A DNA stretch of 58,609 bases, the filler included, from Bipalium vagum (taxonomy: Eukaryota), in NCBI GenBank assembly GCA_037834085.1. It is 3 parts of 3 records of this genome, joined end to end, with 100 filler letters (N's around TTAATTAATTAA, not from the genome) between each part and the next. Parts side by side here need not be neighbours in the genome. Positions count along the whole stretch, not along the records: positions 1 to 16,396 come from JBBMKC010106993.1; positions 16,497 to 34,506 come from JBBMKC010044104.1; 1 more part is not named here. The stretch is one strand, 5' to 3'. The position numbers and the translations under genes were made by a program. Below the pieces are notes generated by a model. That model had not been told where the DNA came from. It did not search any database and saw nothing but the letters and a program-made list of their open reading frames with translations. Positions 12,469-25,060 of this stretch are shown in pieces (positions within the stretch are counted from its first letter, which is position 1; each line of letters starts with the position of its first letter).

Positions 12469-14149
12469 AAGTAAAAGTGCAATAAAAATCTCACCGTCGA
12501 GATATTAAAAGAAATAAAGTTTAATTCATCGAAATAGCTTCTAAACGTAAAGATTTGATTATTTGATTAACATTTTATTCTTAAAATTTGATTGATTCTT
12601 TAGTGTTTTATTGCCATTTTATGTGATTTTCAAAAATTTATTGTGTTTATTGATTATGTTATCGTAAATTGTGGTATTGGAAAAAAGTTTTCCTGTGATT
12701 GTTTTGATTCTCTTTGGGTCAAACTGAGATAAGGTTTTATTGGGATTGTTTTGATTTAATCGAATATAGATTTTTGTAATAGTTTCAGTCGAACGAACAC
12801 GACATTAACGAAGTAAGGAGTTAGAGAAGTTTGAGCTCAAAGTTACATATTTCATTAAGGAAAATAGTAACTAAACGATTAATAAATTTCACAAGTCTTG
12901 ATAAAAGTGTTAAAAATAAAGCTAGTTGGGATGACGTCAATCGTCAGCAATGTGATATTAATCAATATTACAGAATTTAATCCGTGTAATTATTGACGTC
13001 TTATTAATAATAATTAATTTTTCATATCGTTTTTAATGAGATTAAGTTTTGATTAAAAATATTTTTAATCTTGAAATAAATAAATTATAAATATCACGAG
13101 ATGAGGAAAATAATATAATTTTAACACTGAAACTTATTATAAATTAGTTCAAAAGGAAATTAGTCAAGTCTAATTATTTCTGAAGTAATGAATATTTTAT
13201 TATTTATGACAGATTTTTAATTTGATGTTAAAAAAGCCTAAATTGTACAGGTAGAAAATTAAATAAAATGCCTTTTATTTTATATTACTGGACTTTTTAA
13301 TAATAATAATCTTTGTCATTTATTGAAACTAAATTAATTAAATAATTAAATTAAATAATTAATTAAATACATAATTATCCAGATTACTTAAGACCATATT
13401 TAAGTAATATGTATTTCAATTTATTTCAGTTATAATTATATTAATTATTATAATAATATAATTATTATTAATTATAATTAATGAAAATACTTTACGATAA
13501 ACAAGCACTGAAAACTTTAATTAATAAAATATTTTAAAAAAATTTACAAGAAATTTTGAGCAATTATATTTATTAAAATGAGGAAATATTACTTAGATAA
13601 TACACATTTTCTTCCGCATAATCAATAATCAACCTTTAAAGGGTTTTAAGAATATTATAGAAAAAACATGGTCATCATTGATATACAAATTATTTTCTAA
13701 AAATAAATGATTATATAAATAAGAGAAAAATAAAAATGATGGCCCAAAAATATCTCATTTTTTGATTTATTTAAAAATGCATTATAATTTTATATAAATA
13801 ATGTTTTTATAAAAATAACTAATTTGTAATATATAATACATAATTAATTTTTAATATAAATAATTAATAATATAATATATAATAAAAAATAATTTTTATA
13901 AATACATAATAAGTTTCAAATGTTATTTTAATATAATTCAGAATATATTTTAAATATAAATATAAATTTTTTATTAATTTGTCTAAAATAAATTATTATT
14001 TATTGGTTTATTTTAAGATTAAAATTGATTTATTAAAGGAAAAATGGTTTTATCTTTTCGAAAATATTGTTTTGCTAAACTTAAATAAGTTATAAAATCA
14101 TTTTATTACTTTAAAGTATTACATAAATACTTGATAATAAGTGATGAAC

Positions 14150-14945
14150 AAATTAGGGTAATACGGTGGATGAGGCAAGGTTTCATAACCCAGATCATGT
14201 AGCTTCCGTAGAGTCATATGTGCAATTTTGAGTTTAGCGTTGTCGTGCAAAAGAATTGGCCCTCGTATATTGACTAATCCTCGATTCTTTTTACTCAATT
14301 TTTGTATGTATACCTTCCAGTTTGGAACAATATTTCTCTGAAGTGATAGTTAGAAACTGTATTGTGTAACTCCACTGTAATTCCACCATGCAGTGAGCAT
14401 CAACTTTTTGGGTGGGTATTAGGCTTTGGGAAAAATCTGGGAGCTTATTTTTTTTCAAGCCATTGTGATGAGCACTTACGATTGTCGTAAAAGATCCATT
14501 TCCCATCACATGTAATAATTCGATTGAGAAAAAGATCATTCTTTTGTCGTAAAATCAAGGACGAGCAGATTTCATATCGCTGAATTTTGTGGGAATTTGT
14601 CAATTCATGCGGGGTCCATTTATTAATCTTTTTTGACTTTCCAATGACTGTTAGATGACGGGAAACTGTGACAATGCTGACATTAAATTGTCCAGATAAA
14701 TTTCATACCGTTTTACGAGTATCTTTTTCCACAGCAATCATCAAGGGCCGTACCACGACTCCTTCTGGATAATTCTTCAAGGCTTTTATCTCCTGAACGA
14801 AATCTTTGAAACCACCGTTGAATAGTTTGTTTGGACGCTGAACCTGGTTCAAATGCGGTATTGATTTTAGTTTCGACATCTACAGCATTTTCTCCAAGTT
14901 TTTACTCAAGAAAATAATGCAAAATTATCGATTTTAGATTATAGA
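14150..14945 (-). mobile_element. Mariner transposase pseudogene (cecropia/Hsmar1-like), near full length
   Basis: TIQRWFQRFRSGD, KWTPHELT (WVPHEL), RIITCDGKWIFYDNRK, LHDNAK and GYETLPHPPY across frameshifts. Confidence 0.9.
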
Positions 14946-15426
14946 CTTAATGTAATATAAAAAATGTAAATTATAAAAATATCAAATCCTTTTATAGATT
15001 TATAGATTTTGTAATTAATGACAAACGTATTAATATAAATGTATAATATGCTATGGTATAAATGTCATAGATATGACAAAAATTGAGTGCAAAGTCCAAG
15101 TTGATTAACAACGACATTTATTATGTAAAAAGCTAATTTTTCTAACCAAATGCGTAAATTCAATACTAGAAATATGTGCTTTATGTGTAAACATAATGGA
15201 AACACATTTTGAATAAATACATTTTTATTAACCCACCCCATTCCGCTTTTTATTATAATTACCATACATATCATTAATTAATTAACTAATTTGTTATTGG
15301 TTTTTTCAATTCACAAGTATTTATTGGACATACTATATATTTATATTATTATATATTCAATGTAAATGGTTGAAATAATTTTCTCTGAATAAAATGTATA
15401 TATAAAGCTCTTTGAAAATTAATTAC

Positions 15427-15809
15427 TTTGTAAAATACTTTCCTCTTGTCGCACAGTAATTGTATAAATCATTTACGGGCTCCTTTGCTGTGGGTTGGAA
15501 GAATCTATTTGATGATTTGGCACAAATATCTTTTCTCTTTTTAGCATAGAACCATAACAGCTGATTTAAACCACAAGCAAATGCAATCAAGACTAACATA
15601 TAAACACAGAAAAATTTCAGAATATCATTAAGCATTCTCCCAAGAGATATCTGCAACGGACCCAAGTGAGGATTCATTGTGAAAATGGAAACCAATTTTA
15701 GTGTACTAAAAATATTTGCTGCAGCAAATAGACATTCCGATATCAAGATTGGATCATACGAGTCCCACTTTGGACGTTGATCTTGCAGAAGATTTTCAAC
15801 ATTGTGGAA
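15427..15809 (-). CDS. TRPC: TRPC-like channel exon: S4, S4-S5 linker, S5 and extracellular loop
   Basis: Acceptor ttttgttcag, donor AA|gtaatt; FHNVENLLQDQRPKWDSYDPILISECLFAAANIFSTLKL...NPHLGPLQISLGRMLNDILKFF...FACGLNQLLWFY: diagnostic TRPC sequence. Confidence 0.97.
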
Positions 15810-16341
15810 CTGAACAAAATTTATATTAATGAAGAATATATTTTTTCTCATTTTTCATATTATAAAATCGAAACAAATAATTTGGAAAATGAAGGTACAA
15901 GGGAAAATTATTTGATTTTTCTTTATCTGAAATTTTTGTAATTATAAATATAATTTTGTAAGTAGAGTATTTTACAATGGGGAATTACTTTACTCCTTTA
16001 ATAAACGATGCTTAATGAGTTGAAATATTTTTAATAATACTTCCACGAGAATCTGAGGGAAAATTAATTTAAAAATCGATTAAAATTTTAATAAGACTGA
16101 AGTGATCTTTTTATTAAATTTTCAAAATGTTTAACAAAGATCTGAAATGAACTTAAAATATTATTTTATATTTTTTAAAATCTTTTATCAATTTTATTTT
16201 TGTTTTATTATATCAGAATATAAATATTTTATTTTAGAAATTTTAGAAAGGAAATGTATTTTCCAATTTCTTTTAAGGTATTGTTTTTAAAACTTTATTT
16301 ATTTTCTTATAATAAAAAAAATAAGAATATTAATATTAAAT

Positions 16342-16383
16342 GAAATAGGAAATCTCAAATTAGATAGGTTATGGTTTAGTGTC
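16342..16383 (+). repeat. 42-bp dispersed repeat, copy 2 (runs into gap)
   Basis: Identical to 9335-9376. Confidence 0.9.
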
Positions 16384-16396
16384 TAATTAAAAAAAA

Positions 16397-16496
16397 NNNN
16401 NNNNNNNNNNNNNNNNNNNNNNNNNNNNNNNNNNNNNNNNTTAATTAATTAANNNNNNNNNNNNNNNNNNNNNNNNNNNNNNNNNNNNNNNNNNNN
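16397..16496. other. Artificial scaffolding spacer N44-TTAATTAATTAA-N44
   Basis: Exactly 100 bp; the palindromic linker gives stop codons in all six frames; identical structure at 34507-34606. Confidence 0.95.
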
Positions 16497-16571
16497 ACGG
16501 TTTTTCACAGAATTTCCCATTTTTCCCCCTCGACTTATACACGAGGTCGACTTATATTCGAGTATCTACGG
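16497..16571. mobile_element. Terminus of a pogo/Tc2-type element
   Basis: CGACTTATACACGAGGTCGACTTATATTCGAGTATCTACGG|TA: repeated CGACTTATA subterminal motifs and a ..TACGG-TA end. Confidence 0.7.
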
Positions 16572-19279
16572 TAATTTAGATCATAACTTTTTTTATTTTT
16601 CAGATAAAAGGAAATGGAGTAAATTTTCTCAAAGATACCACCATAAATATTTCAGGTGGTCTTAAAATTATGAGAAAAAAGTGAAGAGAACAGTTAATCC
16701 TTGCAGCAAACTTAGTCACATTGTCCCCCGAGAATATATATGAAGTCACAATACTTTTCCTTAACTAAAGTTATAACATGAATTAAACTTTCCATAAAAT
16801 TTCTCACGAAAGGCTCAGAAAGTGTAATTACAACACATTTTATTACTGGGTGAGGATTTTTTTAGAGTTTTATATTTTCCATGATTTGAAAACAAAATAA
16901 ATAGAAAAAAATAATGATGCAAAAAATAATTTTCAAAAAAATTATTTATAAAACAAATTTAATCCATTAAAGTGATTAGTAAATAATATTTTCCGCAGAC
17001 ATGCTATTAAAACAAATAAAAGAAATATTATTCGTATTATTTCACTTAGTGAATCTGGAGTTAAATATAAAATATAAAATAAACTTTAATTATATATTTT
17101 CATTTAAATATTTCTATTTTTTTACAATTGGTTTTTTTTGAGAAAGTCATTGAGATCGTTAAGGACCTCCAATTGAGATCCGTAAGTAAAATTCGTAACA
17201 AATATCGATATAACAATTGACATATAATTCATAATTAATGCTTCATTAAGCGCTTAAGTCTATCAATTGTTAAAAAACTTCACAATACTTAGGGATATTA
17301 ACAACCCCCTTACATGATGTCATGAGAATAACGAAAGATTAACAACGTCAGTTCCAGCTACTGCTCAGAAATCAGAAAAAAATAAATAAATCATGTTCGA
17401 TATTAAATTCAAACCAGATTAAATTTCAACAATGCTCGGAAAATTTGGACATTATTTTTTTTTAATAATAATTTCTAATAATGAAAATTTTTTTCAATAT
17501 ATTTATACTAATTTTTTTGTTATCAAAAATTTAATCGAAATAATTTCTTGAAAATGTTCTGAATAAAAAAAATCATTTTTTATTCGTAAAAAACGGGGAG
17601 AAATGAGTCAGAGAAATTTACGGAAACTTTATTCTAATTACAAAAGTAATTTTATTAAAAAATACTTTTGTAATGTGAAAAATTTGGTTTCAGTTTGAAA
17701 TAAATGATGATGAAAAATATTTAATTACTTTTCCAAGCAATGCTCCAGCTTGATAAAAGTTTATTACTCCGTTCTCTAAGTCGAAAAAGGAGTTTTAATA
17801 AAGTTAGATAAATGAAATTGGATATTAAAATTATTTAAATTATTAATGTATTAATTCACAGGAGATGAGTTGCACGAAAAAAAGTAGAAAAAAGAAACAA
17901 GTCTGGAGATTTAAACAAAAATCTAATTTAACAAAACTCCATTGCAATTTTGTCCAATGAAAAATAAATTAAATCAAATAAATGACAAATTAATATATTA
18001 TATATTATATTATATATATACGTATTGTTATAAATATAGGATTATATACGATATATATATATATACGATTAATATCGTATAATAAATAAAATTGTAAATG
18101 TTATTTTATATTTTTCACATTTCAGCTTGTTTTAATACTTTAAATCAATCGTCTAATAAAAAAATATTTTTACAAATCATTTGTGTAATGAAATAAAACA
18201 GAACGAAAATGTAATATATTTTTAAAATTTTACTAAATAAACTCTTAATCATTAAAACAAACAAAGTTTGATTTTAAAATTACTTAATCAACTATTCATT
18301 ACGTCTAGTCAGACTCTAAAATATGTGGATGATTAGGAACTTTGAACATTCTTGAAGAAACAAAATAATTTACATTAGATGTATAAATCATTAAAATGTA
18401 CATTTTTCTTTATCCATATATTCATTTTTGCTCTATCTATTAATATTAGTATCAGTGAGCGAAGGACATTTGAGAGAATTTGAGGCAGTATTGCATTAAT
18501 GCCATTACTTCAATGGTAATTTCTTATTGATAGTACTCAAAGGGTTTAGGCTTCATTTCTGAGAAATTCTTACTGAGCTAAATTCAATATCAGACCGAGC
18601 TGTGGTTCAGTTTTGATAAACTGTGATACTTTGATCAAAACATTGAATGGTAATCGAACAAACGAAATTGGGGCCCAAGTTCTTTCTTCTTCAGACTGGG
18701 TCTCAATCGGACCATTTTTTTCTTTTAAAAAATTTTAAGGTATTTGTTATTATTTTATTTATTTATTGATTAAAATTTTTTTATTTTTAACAGTACTTTC
18801 GCAGACTACGAAAATCATTGATTTTATTAAATTAATTAATTAAATTCATATTTTTAATGAAATTCACCAGGATATTTTTCAGTTGGAAATGTCTAAATTT
18901 TTAGTATCAGTTTAGTTATCCTCATTATTATTAATTATCATATTATTATTAATTATCATATTATTATTAATTATTATATTATTATATTCTTATCATCATT
19001 TTAGGTATCATATTGTTATTAATTATTTTTTAATTTTTATTACTCTGATTCCTTAAATTCGATAAATGATTGGTTGAAATTTAAAAAATACAGGGTCTTT
19101 CATTTAATTTAGTCAAATGTGATACTTTTTATTGATATATTTACTTGTCCTTTATAAATAAAAATTAAAATTGTTATTGCAAAATTTGATTTTGATAAAT
19201 ATATAAATAAATTATTATTATGCTTTATTATCATGGAAAAATGACCGAACATAAAAAAAGGCAAAAAAGACTGAAAATG

Positions 19280-19786
19280 TTTTATTGCTTTTCAAAATAT
19301 TTTCCACAAAGATTTATACACTTTTCCATGCGTTGAAAGCAATTGTGAAACCAGTTATTCCACTCATCAGTTGTAACACCAAAAATTTCCATTTTGAACA
19401 TGTCGATTGTCTCTTCCGGCGACTTGAGCCGTTGGTCACGAAGTTTATTCTTGATGTTGGAAATGTGAAAAAGTCGTTTGGACTTAGGTCTGGAATATAT
19501 GGTGGATGACCCAATAATTCAATATATCATTTCAGATTGACATTGTTCCTGAGATAATCCTATTCGAAAATTGTACATGATTATTGGTCGTAAACTTTCT
19601 TTCGTGAATTCAATTTTTTTCATTCATTATGTTTTTAAATAGTTGCTGTAAAGAAAAACTGTAATATATTTAAACAAAATTTATAATTCTTAGTATCTAA
19701 ATATAGAGGTTTGTTTTACATAATAATATTTTATTATTGTAGGCTTGTATGCACCAACATGCAAAACTTAAAAGACAGCCCTCTTA
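19280..19786 (-). mobile_element. Internally deleted mariner (mellifera-like)
   Basis: GHPPYIPDLSPNDFFTFP...RMEKCINLCGKYFEKQ*; GAGGGCTGTC-type 5' TIR at ~19762-19786. Confidence 0.82.
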
Positions 19787-20164
19787 TTTTTTGCGAAATT
19801 GTGGTATTCTTTTATGAACTTTGAAAAGTAATAATTGATTAGAAATATTCTCAGAATGATTACACAGGAAATGAGTTTTACTCTTTAACTTTTTAAAATA
19901 GATTTTATTCATAATTTTTTTTGTTAATTTGTCTTTCTTAGCTGTTACTCATAATCAAGGAAATCATTTCGACATTCGTAGGTTTTCTTCAAGTCCTAAT
20001 CAATAAGGCCTACCATTGATAAACATTTTCTTTTTCTTCACACACACCAATGTAATCGAAGTATTTGATGCAGACTTTGATAAAATTTTCAATGTCATTA
20101 TCCTTTCGAAATATTCCAATGTGCAATTTTTCCATCATTAGGTCCATTGAGGCATTGGTCGTGA

Positions 20165-20402
20165 TGTTAGTCAGTGACAAGCCACACATTTCTGCCCATG
20201 CGAAATAAAATATTTTATTCCAATACCATAGAAGTCCGATCTTCTGGAATCGATAAATTCACGGAAGGCATTCTGAACAGTACTGTTGCTATGGAAGTTT
20301 TTCTCTTGCGGAATTTGGAAAGATGATAAAACAATAGTTCTGAATAAACCTATTGTCAAGTTAGAATAAAATAAAAACGCAATTATTTTCTTACCAACCT
20401 AA
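20165..20402 (-). mobile_element. Mariner remnant (5' TIR joined to C-terminal fragment)
   Basis: TA-TTAGGTTGGTAAGAAAATAATTGCG TIR; VQNAFREFIDSRRSDFYGIGI...QKCV C-terminus. Confidence 0.75.
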
Positions 20403-20859
20403 TAAATGGGATTTGCAGTGTTAACTATAAGAGGATGATTTAGTCCATGTGACTGTAGGAGAAGATTAATTTTCAGAATTTATAGACTCATTCCGTTCCA
20501 ATAATTCATCTCTGTGGTTTTAGTGCAATAACAGAACTGATTTGGATTTCGACATTGGATGCTTTCTTTTCAGTTGGTTGTTGACCAGGTTCATTTTCTG
20601 CTAGAAATAAGCAACAGTTTTTTTTATTGGAATAAGTTAACAAAGAGACATTATTTTCATATTTTTAAAAACTTTTAATGCTTTATTTTTTTAAAAATAT
20701 GTTGTAAATAGTTTCTCGAATTAAAATGATATTACTAAATTAATAACCAATTAGTAATTAATTAATTTATTAATTAATACCATGATTATGCATAAGTTTC
20801 CATCGTTTTAAGACAATTTTTTTTAAATATATGATAAATAACATGGTACATTTAATCAA

Positions 20860-21320
20860 AATATTTTCCAACATTATTAATTAATTTTCTCATTCTTTCA
20901 ATCGATAAATAAAACGATCAAAAAAGTCTTTGGCTTAGATTGAAAAAGATTCTCAATGAATTTTTGCACCTCCTCAACATTACTAAAGTGTACTTTGGAA
21001 AAACGATGTTGCATGAAACTGAATAGGTAAAATTTCGTTGGGAATATCCAGGGAATATGTCGGGTGTAGTAGAATTTCCCATCTTAATTACTGAAAAGTT
21101 TAAGTACTTTTAAGTACACGTGGTCTGGCATTATTATGCAGAAACACTTTATTTTATTTGGTTGCAAAATATGGACATTCGGTAATTAATTGGGCTTTCA
21201 ACTGACTAAAGAGGCGACCGTATAATTCCGCAATAACAGTCTCAGATGATTTTAATAGTTTATAATAAAGCATTCCTTGCAAGTTCCACTAGATACACAA
21301 AGAACCTTGATCTAAAAAAT
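20860..21320 (-). mobile_element. Mariner C-terminal half remnant
   Basis: KVLC..WNLQGMLYYKLL, LHNNARP, ILLHPTYS, MQHRFSKVHFSNVEEVQKFIENLFQSKPKDFF. Confidence 0.8.
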
Positions 21321-22202
21321 ACACGAAAACACACAAATACTTGTAAGGCATCTCAAAATCTATTAACAATATTGTTCTAATTGTAACTATAGTACAAATC
21401 TAACAAAAGTAGTGACAATGCCTATGAAATTTAAGCCCACTGTATCGGTTACAATGAAAAATTATTTCTTTGAATAAATTTTATAGTCCAAGAATGTTTT
21501 TTATTTATCTCATATCAGAAATGAGAATTAAAACAATCGAAAATGATTCGATGGACCTATGAATGAAATAAATTGAAATTGTAATTAATTAATTATTTAT
21601 TTCCTCAAATGAATTTTCTTGCTTGTTCAATCTTGCAGCCGAGCACGGTCCATGTCTAATGTCAACCATTCGATTCCTGAAATTCTTCCTCCGATTCCAG
21701 TTGCGTTTTTTTAATAGTTGAACACATTCTAAAGCAAATGTTTGGAATATTTTCGTACGGAAAAACTGTAAGGAAATGAAAGTTCCAATTTTTGGGAAAT
21801 AATATTTCAGAAAACGAAAGAAAAATGTAAGAAAATGTAAGATTTTATTGCCCTATAAATTTGCAATAAATACCACTATCCGTTTTTGAGTGATTTTTTC
21901 TGTTATCGTTCAATTTCATTATTTTTTCATTGAAGAAATTAATAAATTATCATTGCATCATTAATTTTTAATTTCATTTCCCATATTTTTAGAGCTATTT
22001 TATGCAGTTAAATGTTTATTTTAATTTCATTAAGAAATAGGATTTGGAAAATGATAATTATTAAAAATTGAAAATGACATAAATTCCGTAATCATTTATT
22101 TTGTTTTAATTGTTAATTATACTAAATTAAAACCAAAATAATAACGGAATCAGGATAATGATAAATAAAAATGTCTATTATTTCTCTATAAAACCTTTGA
22201 TC

Positions 22203-22248
<46 letters not shown>

Positions 22249-24447
22249 TGAGATAGGTGAAAGAAATTATTGGCAGTATAACATTAGATGTAAGGAATTG
22301 AAATTGTATTTTATAATAAATAAAAAAGTACAAAATTTAAAAAATTAAAACAATAAAAAATTAAAAAATTAAAACAATAAAAAATAAAAGTTATTATATT
22401 ATAATATTTTAAATAATACTATATTTTAGAAAATGTTAATAATTAATAATAATAAATAAATGTTCAGTATTATTACCAACCAATTTAAGATTAGGCTTAT
22501 ATAATGCCAATTTTTTATCTAATTTTCCTTTGTTTTACTTAAAAATCTGAGAACCAAAGACCACAGAACCGAAATATTATCGCTATGTAATAACACAATT
22601 TTTTATCCATTAGAATCATCAATAAAACAAATAAAAAAGGTTTATTTAAAAAAATTTTTAATAATTTTTTCCTCCTTAACGTAATATTTAAGAAATTTAT
22701 TTTCCGATTCTTTCTAAACTTTAACCGCAAATTTCAATTTAACTCCATCATAATCTGTAAACCTTAAAACCCTAAATTGAAAAATTAATTAAAATTTTTT
22801 AAAAAAATTAAATAAAAATAATTTTTAAATTTGTTATTAGTTTTAAAAGCAATCTCACGTTACTGAAATTTTATTTTTGAGAGACAATGGAGCTGGAGCC
22901 ACCTTCATCAGACTATCAAAATTTTTCGATGACATTTTTCTCGAAAATCCGCAACAAATAAAAATTATATAACAATTTTTTATTACATTAATTATCTCTT
23001 AGTATCGATGAAAATATTAGTTTCGAACCGTGTATTTTAATTAAAAATAGTTTTTATCAATAAAAAAACCTATTTATATTTTACTCGGTTTGCGGATTCT
23101 CAAAATTAAATAAATCTTTTTTCAATTTTTAACCTTTCCAATCAACCTCATTGTTCTCGCTGTAAATATCTTTTCCATATTTCAAGTGTTCTAACTGCCG
23201 TCTGACTAATGTGGCTGATTTCATCTTGGCTATCAGTAAAACATTTTGGACTTTTTCGTTAATATTAAAAAATTTTATTTATTAAAAATCGAATTTTTGT
23301 TGCAATTAAGTTCGATAACATCGATTTATTATCTTTCAATAATGTAATATTTTTTAAAAAATAATTAATAAATAAATATTTAATAATAATAATACATAAA
23401 ATCTGTTTTTAATATTAATTTCCTCCATTTAATCCACTTATACAGATTGTCTATTTACAAAGATTATTATGTTTTTATTTTTGCAAAACAATCTTGTCTC
23501 CGGAGTAAAACGATTGTATTAAATAGTAATTAATGATGGATAAGACTTAATTATTAAGTGTCTTTTTAAATGCAGTTTAGGTTACAAGATAGCGGGAGTA
23601 ATCAAGACTCTTTACTAAAAGAGGACGAATCAAAGGAAGAAGTATATGGAGAACATAAAAATGTAGAGAAGGAGTAATATATAAATAAATTCTTCACATG
23701 TTGAGACAGATCTGATATTCAGGAAGGAAATAATTAATGATTTAATTTCTGCTTCATATCTAAATATTTAAAAATTAAGGGCCTCCAATATATTATAATT
23801 AATAATAATAAAGACTTCCGAATTAGTTCTCAATGGAGTTACTACCGAAACCAAAGAGTGTTTTAAAATTAAGATGGAAAAGTTGAGATATTAAGGAAAA
23901 CAAAATTTTACCATCACAGAGAAAAATGATTTTGAAATATTATTCTCGGCCGATTTAAAGAAGTATGATATCATCTCTTAAGGAGAAATATTAAGGTTAA
24001 AATTATTCAAAGTAAAATTAAAGAATTGTCATTCGAAAATTCACAAAGGGCAAGAGCGCCTAGACTTTTAATGATGATAACCAATGAGTGCGCACGCATA
24101 ATGAAATGAGTCATTAATAAATATCATCAGTCACCTTTCACCCATCAATCACATCTCCCATTGGTTCATGATTGTATCTTACCATGTTGAGTTCTAAAAA
24201 CTGGTCTTTTTAAAAGTATCCATAAAGAATGTTTTATTATATATCCCTAGTTACGCTTACTTTTTCAATTTTAATAATTTTAAAATTACTTCAATTCTTC
24301 AAAAAAAGAAAGAAAATAGGGAAATCGAAATTTTATATATAGAGACGTCTCGTCCTATTTGGGAAATATCATCTTTCTTATTTAAAAGTATTGATTTTTA
24401 TTATTCATTCCATACTGAAAAAAACGAGTAACAATATGCCTAAGAAC

Positions 24448-24482
<35 letters not shown>

Positions 24483-24709
24483 TACAAAATTCAAAAATTA
24501 CAATCAAAATGTTTTTTTCATGTTAATAGAGCCTGAAAATTAAACGAACCTGTTGTTAAATGCTTACAAAATCTAATAGAAAATAATGAGTAAAGTATTC
24601 TTTTGATTTTCTCAACATTGATTAAAATATCTCAAAAACTACTCATAGTTATATTTGAAAACCCCTATAGATTTTTATTCAGCAGATCAATCCGATTTCT
24701 ATACAAAAC

Positions 24710-25060
24710 TTCCACAAATTGTTATGATCTCCGAAATACCCACCATTTCATGATTGCATCCTTATAATGCCAGTTCCAAGGCAAAGTCGATTGTATTAAA
24801 GTAAAACAAAATATGTAATTTCTACAGTTAAAAGATTTCCGTATTCATCTTTTTTCTTTTTTGTAAAGTTTGATTTTCTTAACGCTGGTCCTTTGACATT
24901 GCGTAACTTGATCCTGTTTCAGAAGGGAAACGTGATTCGTATAAATTGTAAATGTATCGATTTTCCCCCATTTATTCTGCATTTCTCTCTCTGGATGGAC
25001 AATATGGATAAAATTTGTTTCTCCATTAAATGTTTGTCATGGACTTGATACAAGTAACAT
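24710..25060 (-). mobile_element. Possible Gypsy RNase H remnant
   Basis: TFTIYTNHVSLL resembles the FTIYTDHxxL motif; otherwise heavily decayed. Confidence 0.3.

Noticed and set aside
12294-12485. 63-aa ORF in the track
   Set aside because: Consists mostly of N-gap codons.
15810-15851. ORF start MRKNIFFININFVQ as the protein N-terminus
   Set aside because: Intronic sequence upstream of the cag acceptor; the protein lacks ankyrin and S1-S3 regions at this point.
16441-16452. Perfect palindrome TTAATTAATTAA isolated between N runs (also 34551-34562)
   Set aside because: The exact N44-12-N44 symmetry, seen twice, marks an artificial six-frame-stop scaffolding linker, not biology.
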